A stretch of 64,000 bases of DNA from Carcharhinus amblyrhynchos (lineage: Eukaryota), in NCBI GenBank assembly GCA_965287045.1, contig OZ336873.1, forward strand, positions 18,476,001 through 18,540,000, in the 5' to 3' direction. The notes under the pieces were generated by a model that had not been told where the DNA came from, did no database searches, and was given only the letters and a program-made list of their open reading frames with translations. Both the position numbers and the translations under genes were made by a program. Shown piece by piece: positions 12,416 to 25,234 of this stretch. How positions within the stretch are numbered: position 1 is the stretch's first letter; each line of letters starts with the position of its first letter.

Positions 12416-14379
12416 CCCACGGATGTGATGCTGACACCCAACAGTGCACATTCACCTTTAAATGATTAGGTGGCTGAGGTATTGATGATCAAATGGCATT
12501 TCTAACTGAATGGTATTGTAGCTCAGAGGCAAAGAAATAAAAGGAATATAAATGGAACACAGACACTGAGAAATAGCAGGGGAATGGGATGTGGGTAAAT
12601 AACTCCAGTTTAAAAGCTGGCACTGTCACAATGGCTTCTTTCTGTACCGTAATTTTCATCACAGTGGGAAAACAAACTCGACTTCAAGTGTATAAGGTTT
12701 TCCCTGTTTGTGTCCAAAGGCTCTATGGTTTTATATCTGAACAATGGTGTTTTTCTTTTGAGTGTGGCCCAGTGATCTAAAGTCAGCACAGATTGAATGT
12801 GACCCATTGACTTTCTCACCTGGCTCTCCAATCACTGCTGAGTTACAATGTTCAAGAGCTGATTTAGTGATAGCCTCTGGAGACCAGGCAAGTTATTTAA
12901 TCTGGCCTGCCATGTGCTCTCTTTTGTGGATTGAGTACTGCTGGTCCAGCAATGCTCCCCAAAGACCAAACAAATGCAGAATTGGAAAGCCGTACATGAA
13001 TTGAATGTATCCCATTTAAAAACAGTCTGGGCTACAGTAAAGCCCTTTGCCTTCAGTCAGTCAGTGTTACTGTTGTTGGATGATGAAAGGTTCAGTGTTT
13101 GGTTGATGGAGAAAGATTCATTTTGTTCCCTGGAGTTTGAATGGCACTGTATTGACACAAGATGAATTTCTAATCTTATAATAGAAAAGGGGCTGATTTG
13201 ATAGCTTTTTCAAAGAGCCTGCATAGGCATGATGGGCTGAATTGCCTCCCTCACTGCTGCAACATTCAATGATTTGCGTTGTCTGTGATGTACCTTTCAT
13301 TACACACCTATGTCATGCCAACTTGGAGAAAAGGGAAGGAAGTTGACTTGCTATCTCATGCCAAAAGAATGTAACATATCCTGTCTCGAAGTTTCCTCTA
13401 TTAGCTGCTCATTGATTGGCTAACAAATACCTGCAGTGTACTCATTGCAAAGAGATTAAGAATAGTTTACCATCTACAATGGGTAACTTGTGCTTTGCAA
13501 TAGGCAATTTCAGTCAACAAGTTCTATCTTAAAAATAAATACATGCACAAAATTGTTGTCATCACATTAAAGAGGGAGCTTGGCCGTGCTATAACTTAGA
13601 CATTGATGTGTTAGGCAGGACTTTATGGCCTCACTCGACCCAAGACCAGAAAATCCTGCCCAAGGTCAATGGACGTTTCCATTGTCTGTCCCTTGTCCAT
13701 TCCAATTCTGTGGCAGACAGGGCAGTAGAATTCCGGCGATCATCCCTGAGTTTAACTCTGACCTATAATGATGGGATGGGAGTTTGCTCTATCTGATTCA
13801 AGTTGAATTGAGATTGGGCCATCTCCCTAGTGGATATGGTCTACAGCCACATGTTTGGCATTCATTGACAATGTCACTGAGACAAGCCTTGGGAGAACTG
13901 TCAAGAATGCCCACACTGGATAGCTAGCTCTTCTGGGATTGGGACTAGGGCCCATTGTTGGGGTAGAGTGGCCCTGGCCATGAAAAGCCACAGTGCCAAC
14001 ATATATGCAACTCATGCCAACTGTACCCCTAATGGTTACCTGACATTGGACTGCTCCTTACTGATATGGATACGTCAGGGTTCCTACACCATATGGATTG
14101 CAGAGGTTTAAGAAGGCAGCTCACCACCACTTCCTCAGGGCAATTAGGGATGGGAAATAAATTCGGGCTTTGCCCGGGGTATCCAAGTGACTTGAGCAAA
14201 AAAAAATATCCCCAGGAATAACATCCCTGCAGTCAATAGGCAAAAGCAATGAAAATATTAAAAGTATCAGATAGATTTTACGACGTTTCACGCCATTACA
14301 CTAATTTACAATTTACCTGGCATTCAATGAGATCATCATGGCATTTCATCAGAGCCTTAACTCTTGATTCTGGAGAGCG

Positions 14380-14900
14380 GAATGAGGAAAAGTCCCAACT
14401 CCGCAAATGCATTCCAGGAGTTTTCACGAATTGTGATCGCAGACCCAGGACTAAACTCAAAGACTATTGGGCAGCGCTTCTCCCCATACTGCTTTACAAT
14501 GCTAAAGTTTGGACAACTTTTTAAGCGCCATATCAAGGTCTCAGAACAAAATCACCAACACTGCCAGAGAAGGATCTTGTGAAGAAAGTGCGAGGCCAAA
14601 TGAACGAATATGAGCATTCTCCAGGATCTGGAATTGCAAGGTGTTGAGGCCATGACAATCACACATCAACTGAAATAGATGGAACATGTCAGAAAGGCCA
14701 GTTGAAGACTGTCAAACAGGTGCTCCATTCAGAGCTGTGCAAGGGGTCTGTATACATAGGGAGGGACCAAAGGAAATGTTTCAAAGACAATCTCAACACT
14801 GCCGCAAAGATCTGCTTGATTAACATGAGGAGATACCTAATCGTGCAAAATGGCAATCCAACATGAATAGTAAGAAGCTCCCTCTGCACAAGCCTAAAAC
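14380..14900 (+). mobile_element. RTE-clade LINE remnant
   Basis: Degenerate YWAALLPILLYNAKVWTTF / KRHIKVSEQNHQHCQR resembles the RTE motif YRAVVLPTLLYGxETWT..RH...LE.FHQRCLR. Confidence 0.65.
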
Positions 14901-15067
14901 AAGCTGCAGGGAGAAAATCTGAAATATTTTCATACCAGCTATCTTTGTAGTCTTGGAGTGAGATTGCCAATTTACAGCAATAATTGTTGCTAAAGGGGCA
15001 GGCTTGCTTTTCAATCATTTTCTGCCATTTCTAGTTCCCCTGGACCCACACTGTTTCTTTAATTGCT

Positions 15068-15380
15068 TCATAGAGTCACAGAATCCCTACAGTGCAGAAG
15101 GACACCAATTGGCCCATCGAGCCTGCACAAACAACAATCCCACCCAGGCCCTATCCCTTTATTTACCCCATGTATTTACCCTGCTAATTGACCTGACACT
15201 AAGGGACAACTTATTATGGCCAATCCACCTAACTCTGCACATCTTTGGACTGTGGGTACAAACCGAAGCACCCAAAAGAAACCCACGCAGACACGGGGAG
15301 AATGTGCAAACTCCACACAGGCAGTGGCCCCAGGCCGGAATTGAACCTGGGTCCCTGGCGCTGTGAGGCAGCGGTGCCAC
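15068..15380 (-). mobile_element. HE1-type SINE
   Basis: Head, V-domain and CR1-type tail on the minus strand. Confidence 0.85.
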
Positions 15381-15759
15381 ATCATGTCATTATCACATCT
15401 ATTATATAATTATTCTCTTTCCCCACTCCCCATCTTCCCTTCTTTCTACTTGCTTAGACCATTAAAAGGTCAATGATCTGAAATGCTAAATCTGTTTCTC
15501 ACTTCACAGCTTCTGCCTGACCTTCTGAGTATTTCCTGTATCCGCAGTATTGTGCTTTATATTTTTTTATTTGGTGTTCACCTATGTTCATGAAGAAATG
15601 GGTTGAGATTTACACAGAAGTCCTCTTCAGCTGACAATGAACAGACAGTGATCATATGAAGATAAACTAGTAACAGGAGAAGGCCTCTGCAGCCCCCTCG
15701 AGCCTGCTCTGCCATTCAATAAAATCATGGCTGATTTGATTGTAATCTTGACATCATAT

Positions 15760-16336
15760 TCATAGAATCACAGAATCCCTACATTGCAGAAGGAGGCCAT
15801 TCTGCCCACTGAATCTGCACTGACTCTCCAACGGAGAGACATATCCAGGCCCACACCCCTGCCCTATTCCAGTATCATGATGTGGGTATGCCGGCGTTGG
15901 ACTGGCGTAAACACAGTAAAAAGTCTGACAACACCAGGTTTTAGTCCAACCTATTTATTTGATAATATACTCGCAAGCTTTCGGGTTAGCCTGACGAAGG
16001 GGCTAACCCGAAAGCTTGCGAGTATATTATCAAATAAATAGGTTGGACTAAAACCTGGTGTTGTCAGACTTTTTACTCTATTCCAGTATCCCCACACTTT
16101 TACCCCGCTAATCCCCTAAACGACATATCTTAGGACACTAAGGGGCAATTTAGCATGGCCAATGCATCTAAGCTGCATGTATTTGGACTATGGGAGGAAA
16201 CCAGAGCACCCGGAAAAACGCATGCAAACACAAGGAGAATGTGCAAATTCCCGCACAGTCAGTCGTCCAAGGCCACAATCGAACCCAGGTCCCTGGCGCT
16301 GTGAGGCAGCAGTCCTAACCACTGTGCCACCATGCC
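15760..16336 (-). mobile_element. HE1-type SINE interrupted by a Penelope-type insertion
   Basis: SINE sequence resumes after the 15877-16077 insert. Confidence 0.85.
15877..16077. mobile_element. Penelope-type foldback insertion with hammerhead-like core
   Basis: TSD CTATTCCAGTATC at 15864-15876 and 16078-16090. Perfect 77-bp inverted repeat 15915-15991 / 16001-16077. Contains CTGACGA-AGGGGCTAACCC-GAAA. Confidence 0.8.
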
Positions 16337-16369
16337 AGCCTCTGATTCCCACATACCCCTGATAACCTA

Positions 16370-17220
16370 TCACCCGCCCCTTGCTAATCAGGAATCAACT
16401 CTGTGTTAAAAATATTTAAATATTCTACTTCTACTGACTTTTGAGGAATCAGTTCCAAAGGCACACAACCTTGAAGAGAAAATAAACCTTTTCAGCTGTG
16501 TGCTAAATGGGAAACCCCTTACTTTTAAACAGTGACACCTAGTTCTAGATTCTGCCACATGAGGAAACATCCTCTCCACATCCACCCTGTTAATACCCCC
16601 CAGGATCTTACGCGTGTCAAGCCAATCACCTTTTACTCTTCTAAACCTCAGTGAATACACACCTGGCCTGTCCAGCTTTCCCTCATAAAACAACAGAGCT
16701 ATTCTAGGTATTGAGATCAGCATGGTGGCACTGCTGCCTCATAGCATCACAGACGTAGGTTCAATTCCTGGCTTGGGTCACGGTCTGTGTGGAGTTTGCA
16801 TCTTCTCCCCATTTCTGCGTGGGCTTCCTCCAGATGCTCTGGTTTCCCCCCACACTCCAAAGATGTGTGGGTTAGGTGGATTGGCAATGGTAAATTGCCC
16901 CTTAGTGTCAAGGGGATAAGCAGGTAAATATGTAGGGTTGGGGGAATAGGGCCTCGGTGAGATTGTTGTTGGTATAGGCTAGATGGGCCAAATGGCCTCC
17001 TTCTGCACAGTAGGTATTCTTTGATTATTCCAGTAAACCTTCTCTGAACTGCTCCCAATGCATTTACATCTTTCCTTAAACAAAGAGACCAATACTGTAC
17101 ACAATACTCCAGATGTAGTTTCACTAAAGCACTGTATAATTGAAGCATAACCTCCTTACTTTTGCATTTAATTCCCCTCATATAAATGAAAACATTCTAT
17201 TAGCTTTCCTAATGACTCGC
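16370..17220 (-). mobile_element. CR1 LINE 3' fragment with a nested HE1 SINE (16720-17025, +)
   Basis: KEVMLQLYSALVKLHLEYCVQYWS...ALGAVQRRFT motif, with coding continuity resuming across the SINE. Confidence 0.8.
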
Positions 17221-18049
17221 TCAGATTATCAGATTAGACTACGGTTGTCTTCAAATGCAACTCCCAGAAGATGAATGAATAATATATTGATGGACTGAAC
17301 CAAACAGTAACGCAGCCTCTACTTCTGCTGTCTCACATTTGCTGACATTCGCAATTAAAATTACAAGCCACCAGTGAACAGCAGAGCTCCAGCTTTCAAC
17401 CAAGTGGAAGTTTCTGTTGTACATGTTACCTATCACCATGAAAACTTCAACCAAATTTTCCTTCAGAGCAGGCACTGTTGGAAACCAACATTGCAAATGT
17501 GCAACGCAAAATATAGCAGCAAAGGACGTGTGGGGGCAGGGGACTTTCAATCAAAAAGCCAACAGCTAATATTCATTCAATCATGCATGTGCATCGAAGA
17601 ACTCCAACCTCTCTTCATACTGTGATCAAAATCTACCTTCGAATATTCCAGAAAGAAAATGCATTTTTTTCCTCTCCATCATCGTTCAGTGGTTTACGGC
17701 CCCCAGCTCAGGAGCACAATTATAATAAATGTGCAGCTGGTTTGAACTGGCTTAGCTCTTAAACTGAATAAACCAAACCAATTCATGGCTGCTGACTGCT
17801 AATTGGAATCAGACCCAGGATCAAAAAACATAGAATTCCTCTGAAATTGTGTCTGCATTGTCTTTAGTTGTTGCAGTAAAACTTGACAATTTTGCCTAAG
17901 TACTTCTTTCTTAGTGGAGAAAACTGGCATTATGTCACACAAAGGAACTCCAGAGTTCACCTTCCAAAGGTTCACCTTTTTGGTTCCTCTCTCTAAACAA
18001 TCATCTCAAGCCAACTCTCATTTCCTTAGACCTGGGTTGTTCAAACATT

Positions 18050-18340
18050 TTAGTTTATTTATTAGTGTCACAAGTAGGCTTACATTAACACTGCAATGAA
18101 GTTACTGTGAAAATCCCTGAGTCACAACACTCTGGCGCCTGTTCGGGTACACTGAGGGAGAATTTAACGTGGCCAATGCACCTAACCAGCATGTCTTTCA
18201 GACTGCAAACTGGGGGAAGCCCAAGCTGACACAGGAAGAATGTATAGACACCGCACAGACAGTGACCCGAGCCGGGAACTGAACCTGGGTTCCTGGTGCT
18301 GTGAGGCAGCAGTGTTAACCATTATGCCACTGTGCTGCCA
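18050..18340 (-). mobile_element. HE1-type SINE, alternative tail
   Basis: Homologous to 12130-12415. Confidence 0.85.
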
Positions 18341-18954
18341 CACTGCCACATGTGTGAAATGCTGACAACAACCCAGTTTTCAAAGTCCAGGCAATTCGTT
18401 TGGCAGATAGGTTTTATGGATTAATTAGCCCAACCTATAACCCAGAGCTTTGGGCAACAAGTGCATACATTAAAAATCCAGACATTTAGATTAACACTTC
18501 CTGCACGACATTAAATTATGACCACTGTGCATTAAACGTAACAAAAGCTTTTGATTTTAAATCTCTCTTCTGAGCATCATCACAAAAAAGGCAAGTGATG
18601 AGGTGAGGGGGTTAAGATCCTGAAAATTAAAGTTCTGCCTTCAACACATCACATTTCCGCTGCCACAATAGTAACTTTGGTAATTCAATGCCTGGGTAAA
18701 ACTCCCGTGAGAAGCAGGCAAGGGCCTTAATTAGAATGTAAAACTGGTGAGACCATTGGCACTGTGATGTAATATTAATGGTCAGTCAGGGTGCCAAGCA
18801 GCAGAAACATGGCAAGAGGAGCCAACTGGCTAGGAGAGACCAAATAAGTTCCAGAAGAGTAGCCCTCTTTGAACTCTTTGTGAAACGGGAGTGCAACCCA
18901 ACAGGCCACGAAAGGAGTGCTTGGGCCTCCGCCTAGTTTACATGGAAATGTAGA

Positions 18955-19215
18955 AAATAGAAGCACGAGTAAGTCATTCAGCCCTTCGAGCCTGTTCCTC
19001 TATTCATTTCGATCATGGCTGATCATCGATTTGAATATCCTGGTCCTGCCTTCCCACCATACCCCTTGATCCTTTAGCCCCAACAGCTATATCTAATTCC
19101 TTCTTGAAATCAGGCATGGCCTCAATTACTTTCTGTGGTAGTGAATTCCACACATTCAGCACTCTCTGGGTGAAGAAATTTCTCCTCACCTCAGTCCTAC
19201 AAGGTATACCCCTCA
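18955..19215 (-). mobile_element. CR1 LINE 3' end
   Basis: RTEVRRNFFTQRVLNVWNSLP motif plus CR1 3' UTR. Confidence 0.8.
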
Positions 19216-19423
19216 TCCATTAATGTACTGCATGGGATTCCCAACCTTCTCTGATCAGACATGGTGATTGCATTGGACCCCTCCTCCTTCCCATGCAACA
19301 AAATTCATACTGCCACCCCCTGATCAGGTTATGAATCTGGCCAGCGCAAAAAGCAATGTTCTGCAGATGTTGAAGTAACAACAGCAAGTGCTGGAAATAC
19401 TCAGCAGGGCAGGCAGCATCTTA

Positions 19424-19752
19424 TCATAGAACCCTACAGCGCAGAAAGAGGCCCTTCAGCCCATCAAGTCTGCACCGAACACAATCCCACCCAGGCCCTA
19501 TCTCCATATCCCTACATATTATATCCACTAATCCCTCTAACCTACATATCCCTGGACACTAAGGGGCAATTTCTTAGCATGGCCAATCAACATAACCCAC
19601 ACATCTTTGGACTGTGGGAGGAAACCGGAGGAAACCCACGCAGACACGAGGAGAATGTGCAAACTCCACACAGACAGGGACCTGAGCTGGGAATCGAACT
19701 CAAGATCCTGGAGCTGTGAAGCAGCAGCGCTAACCACTGTGCTACCGTGCCG
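19424..19752 (-). mobile_element. HE1-type SINE
   Basis: Full head-to-tail copy inserted into a short palindromic repeat. Confidence 0.88.
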
Positions 19753-19808
19753 CTCTGAGGAGAGAGAAACAGGGTTAACATTTCAGGTTGACAACCTTCT
19801 GTTGAAAG

Positions 19809-20023
19809 TTTTTTTTTAACTTCATCCTTAAAGTTACAAAGCCAATGCTCAGAGTGGACTGGGCAAACCCAAATCCATTCCTTGCTTGCTCCAAAAAAAC
19901 AAATTCAAAATCTAATTAAATCCAATTCATGGTCCTCACAAGAGAGACAAATAAGATCCAAGTTGATAAGATGAGACACTGCACCCCAACTTAGGCTTGA
20001 TCTTAGCCAAAAGGCTGAGACCG
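19809..20023 (-). mobile_element. U2 snRNA-headed, poly(A)-tailed short retroposon
   Basis: Minus strand TCTCAGCCTTTTGGCTAAGATCAAG (20020-19996) matches U2 snRNA nt 7-31 at 24/25. It is followed by ~180 nt of non-U2 body and A9 (plus strand T9 at 19809-19817). Confidence 0.65.
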
Positions 20024-21329
20024 TTGACCTGAAGCGCCAGCTTCACTTGTCTCTCCATAGATGTTGCCTGATTAACTCTGGCGGGTTGTTCTCAGGGAGG
20101 TTATATTTGACGATCATAATAGGGTCTACATGTTCCTAAGCTGAGTGGGTTTGCAACCCAGGACCAGGAGGGTGCTCACGCTTCCTGCATGTACCCCACC
20201 CAACATCTCTCCTGTAAAACTCGAGGCCAAAGTTTCTATCTTTATGCAAATTCTTTTTTTTTACAATGTAAATAGGCAGGCACTGAATGCAGTGAAACTT
20301 CCTGCCTCCTCAGAGATTTACTGCTGACAACAATAGCATTGCTCTCGACAGTATCCTAACAAACATTAGTGTTATATAAATTCAATTAATGAACCCGCCG
20401 CAGGGATAAGGCATGACCAAAGCAGGTCAATGCATTCAAAAATGATCATAAATGATTCTGTATTTTTTAAATTTGTTATGGGAACTCATAACCTGGCATA
20501 TTGGTTATTTCCCCTAACATCGGCCTACATTGTTATTTTGGTATTTCTATCAGCAAATTGCATGCTCACTGAGTCATATACAAATGCCTCTTCAAAGCAG
20601 GATGATTCAAGGCGAATTAACAAGGGTTGTGAATTACTGTCATTAAGAGTGATGTTCTGTCCACCCGGGAGAAAACAATCATTCTTTGCACCCAGAGTGG
20701 TCTCCTCTAATGGGTACAAGCATGGAATGTGAATGTTGCCATGTGTCTTTGAATTCTAATTTTGATTGACAACTTAGTTTAATTGTGAAGTTTATCTTCC
20801 AATTTCCTTTTTGATCAGTTCAGATGTCAAAGGGGGGTGAGAGTTGGCTAACATCTAGACTCTTCAGAGAATTTTTGTATCGCCCAGCATTTGTGATCAG
20901 CATAACATATGGCAAAATGTTCACAAACTTTGCATCACAGGCGCAAGTCCAAACTAGGAACCTTACCAAGGAAATTTATGAACATTTCAGCAAGTTTTAT
21001 TGTGGAATAGGACTGTAGGGATGAAATTGGTCTTAAACTGTGGCTTGTTTTACACCCTGCCAATTTCTTTTCCATTGAAGTAATTTGACAATACGTTAGA
21101 ATTTATTTATTCTGAGGACCAATTTCATACCCGAAAGCTGAAGTCAAGATAATACAAGATTGCTTTGTTGTTGGTATTATCTTCAAAAACCCGCTGTAAT
21201 TGTCTGATCTCATCAATAAAGCTGAGGTTGAACAACTACAACAATAACAACTTTTATTTGCACAGCACCTTTAATGCAGTATAAGGCACTTCATAAGGGT
21301 GATTGTCAGACAAAATTTGATAGTGAGCC

Positions 21330-21653
21330 ATCACGGTGACACAGTGGTTATCACTGCTGTCTCACAGCTCCAGCGACCTGGGTTCGATTTCCAGCTATCT
21401 GTGTGGAGTTCACACAATGTCCCTGTGTCTGTGTGGTTTCCTCCAAGTGCTCCAGTTTCCTTCCACAGTCCAAAGATGTGTGGGTTAGGTTGATTGGCCA
21501 TGCTAATTTGCCCCTTAGTATCCATGAATGCGTAGGTTAGAGGGATTAGCTGGGCAAATATGTGGGATTGTGGGGATAGGGCATGGGTGCAGTTGTTGTC
21601 AGTACAGACTCGATGGGCCGACTGGCCTCCTTCTACGCTGTAGGGTTTCTATG
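21330..21653 (+). mobile_element. HE1-type SINE
   Basis: Head, V-domain and CR1-type tail. Confidence 0.85.
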
Positions 21654-21898
21654 AAAGAGGTATAAGGACAAGTGAACTTCAATCGCATTTCTGTCTCTTT
21701 ATATGGATGTGAAAACTTTTATTTCATAATTATTGTATATAGCATCAAGAAGATCAATTGAAACAATTTTAAAATATGATACTACTGGAATTGAAGTCAC
21801 ATAGCAACATTTTCCCACATGGCCTATGTATCGAATTCAATATAACAGAGTTCTGTTACAATATGCATTTTGAGATATTTATAGGATCAAGAGAAACC

Positions 21899-23611
21899 GC
21901 ACTTTAAGGGATGGCAGCAGGTCATCACTAGAGGATAAGTGTGTCACATGATCCGGTTTTCATTTCAGTCTGATCTTAGAGCAGAACACACAACACACTG
22001 CTCTGTCGCTGATGTCTTCAAGTTTTCTACCTTTGTATAGCTATTCTCATGTGCCCAGTCTAAATGAACCCGCAATCTTCACTGAATTACTTATGAGTGA
22101 TTGGTGTCTTGAGATTATTATAAAAACGCAACATGCTCCAAACCTAATTATATAGTTTTCCACCATTCAGTTATTCATATGGTTTCCGCCAGATGTAATC
22201 AATTCTTCATTAAATAGAATTAGTTCAACATTTACACAAAATTAATGAAAATTTGAATTAATTGTCACACTGAGGCTCTTCAATCATGGAAACCAAATAA
22301 GGAATAAATGAGGAATTAGTGGTACTGAAGTATGTTTTGGTAAAAGGATTTTGCTGCACTGATACAACTAAATATTTGTAAACACTTCTTGGGGAAGATG
22401 ATGTCTCTTTAAAAAAAACTCAAATCAAATAGGTATAATGAATAAGAGAATGGATATCAATGATTACTTCATAAAAATGGCAATATAAATCCATGTAAGC
22501 ATTGTAGATATCATAAAACTACTGCTCAGAGTCTTGTATGAGCGGTGATGAGTATACCGTCAAGTGATTTTCCAAGCAGCCTCAGGACATTGGAAACAAC
22601 TTTGGTTTGATGTGTTGTCACCCATGGTAAGAAGTCTCACGACACCGGGTTAAAGTCTAACAGGTTTATTTGGTAGCACAAGCCACAAGCTTTCAGTGCA
22701 CTGCCCCTTCATCAGATGAGTGGGAGTTGTGTTCACAAACAGGGCACAAAAAGACACAAACTCAGTTTAAAAGATAGTGGTTGGAATGCAAGTCTTTACA
22801 GATAATCAAGTCTTAAAGGTGCAGACAATGTGAGTAGAGCCTGTCCAACCATTATCTTGTAAATTGAGTTTGTGTCTATATGTGCCCTGTTTACAAACAC
22901 AACTCCCACTCACCTGATGAAGGGGCAGTGCTCCGAAAGCTTGTGGTTTGTGCTACTAAATAAACCTGGTGGACTTTAACCTGATGCTGTGAGACTTTTT
23001 ACTGTGCTTATCCCAGTCCAACACTGGCATCTCCACATCATTGTCACCCAAGGTCAGTACTGTAATTTCTCCCATTGTTTCCTGACAGGACTGGCTGCTC
23101 AACTAATATTACCAGAGAGGCTGAACAAAGACGTGCGTCTCTAGGGAGAGGCTGGACAAGCTACCCAACACACAGCCACACAAGAAGCCACCTGCTGGCA
23201 TTTAGTTAGCTTGCCTCCTCTTTCTCAAATTGTAAGCAATATGCAAGTGGCTTGGGTAGAGCAAAAGAAGTGGAAAAGCAAAATATTTAAACTGAAAAAT
23301 ACACTGGAATTTTCCCATCCTGCCCACCACAGGGATTGTACTGGGGGAAAGAGGAGCGGAGAGCGCAGAGGTGGACCATGCAAAGATCCATTGACCTCAA
23401 GACGTGTTCAGTTATAATATGCACTTTAAAGGATAGCAACAAGCCATCGTTTGATAAGTATGTCATGTGATCTGGTCTCAGTTTTACTCTGGTCTTTGAG
23501 CGGAACTTATGGCACATTGCTCTGTCGCTGATGTCTTCAAGTTTTCTACCTTTGTATAGCTATTCTCATGTGCCTAGTCCAAATGAACTCACAATGTTTA
23601 CTCAATATCTT
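21899..23611 (+). repeat. Local direct duplication of ~190 bp (21899-22092 and 23421-23611)
   Basis: 57-bp identical core at 21999-22055 and 23518-23574, with diverged but alignable flanks. Confidence 0.85.
22625..23040. mobile_element. Penelope-type inverted pseudo-LTR insertion with hammerhead cores
   Basis: TSD TTGTCACCCA at 22615-22624 and 23041-23050. Imperfect inverted arms. CAC-CTGATGA-AGGGGCAGTGCTCC-GAAA-GCTT-GTG at 22911-22945. Confidence 0.8.
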
Positions 23612-25234
23612 GAGTGCAGCCAGAAAATTTTGTCCACAGAAAACAAGTTTTATTTGGCTCAATGTATGAAGCTGTCGTAAGTATTTGCAAGTTTCTACTG
23701 ATTGTCAGTATCATTAGTCCCTTTTCAACTCATTCAAATGTGTACTACAATCCTCCATCTGTAAGGCAGTTTATGTTAAAGTCATGCCCATGATGTTATT
23801 GCATGTAGCTAGGGCAACAAAATTTGTGATAAATTTTGTAACGCAATTTTTTTTTACCCAAAACAGTCTTGGATTTTCCTGGAAATCTGGTAACCCTAGA
23901 ACTAGCTTGGAGTAGGGTTGCTGATTGTGATTAAATATATTCCTGGAGGTTTCATCATATGATGTGCCCACACAGTCGGCAAACACATCCATCATCATGA
24001 TATGCTGCCTCCCTATGTCAATGGAAAAGCAAAAAGACTCATTAACCAATTGGATGATCCTTGACTGTCAGCTTAACAGCAATTTTTTCCACCCATTTTC
24101 AATATTTTTACATTTGGTAAAGAGAAATATTCAAAGAAAAAAATATTTTTTAATGTCCCAAATAAAAGCAAAATACTTGCAGGAAACCTGAAATAAAAAC
24201 AGAAAATGCTGGATAATCTCAGCAGGTCTGGCAGCATCTGTGGCAAATGAGACGCAATTAATGATTCAAGTAAATATGAGCCTTTTACATATTTGTCAAC
24301 CTCTCCTTATCTTCGACCTATCACTGACTTTCCATTCTGGTTCATCCCTGTCTTTTTTTTATATTCATTCGTGGGACATGGGTGTCATTGGGCTGACCAG
24401 CATTTATTGCCCATCCCTAGTTGCCCTTGAGAAGGTGATGGTGAGCTGCTTTCTTGAAACTATGCAGTCTATGTTCTGTGCGTTGACCCACAATGCTGTT
24501 AGAAAGGGAATTCCAGGATTTTGACCCAACAACTGCGAAGGAACGGCCGATATATTTCCAAGTTGGGATGGTGAGTGGCTTGAAAGGGAACTTGCAGGTG
24601 GTGTTCCCATGTATCTGCTGTCCTCGTCCTTCTAGACAGAAGTGGTCGTGGGTTTGGAAGGTATTGTCTAAGGATCTTTGGTCTCCAGGCATCTAATTCA
24701 TCACATTTCTATCCCTTCTCTGTTCTGGGGAAGGGTCATATGGATTCGAAATTTCTCTCTCCATGGATGCTTCCAGACCTACCGAGTTTATCCAGCATTT
24801 TCTGTTTTTATTTTTTAATATCCCAGTGATTTTTCTCCCGGGCTGCGCACACCAGTGTCCTGGAGAGTAATCTTCAATGCCTGGAGACACCAGGCTAATC
24901 CTGGAGGGTTAGCAATATTAGCAATATATAATTCCTCCCAGCACTATGTGAATCCAACTGCAAGACAGCACATTCCTTTCTATACAGCCTGCAATACAAT
25001 ATTCAGTGATATGTGCCATCTGTCTCATCGTTGCACAACGTGTCTGGGGTGACATGCATCCTCAAAGTTGTACAATGTTTACTATATGAATAGTTGCTGC
25101 AATATTCATGAATCCTCTTCGGTGAATATTAATCACTAGTTGCTTTAACGTTGTTCTATTCCCCGCAAATACGGCCAAAATGAAACAAAAATGAATTCCT
25201 AACACATAAATATGGAAATGTTAACTTGGTTCAA

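Noticed and set aside
19996-20020. Functional U2 snRNA gene
   Set aside because: Only ~25 nt of the 5' end match. The branch-point recognition region, Sm site and 3' stem-loops are absent.
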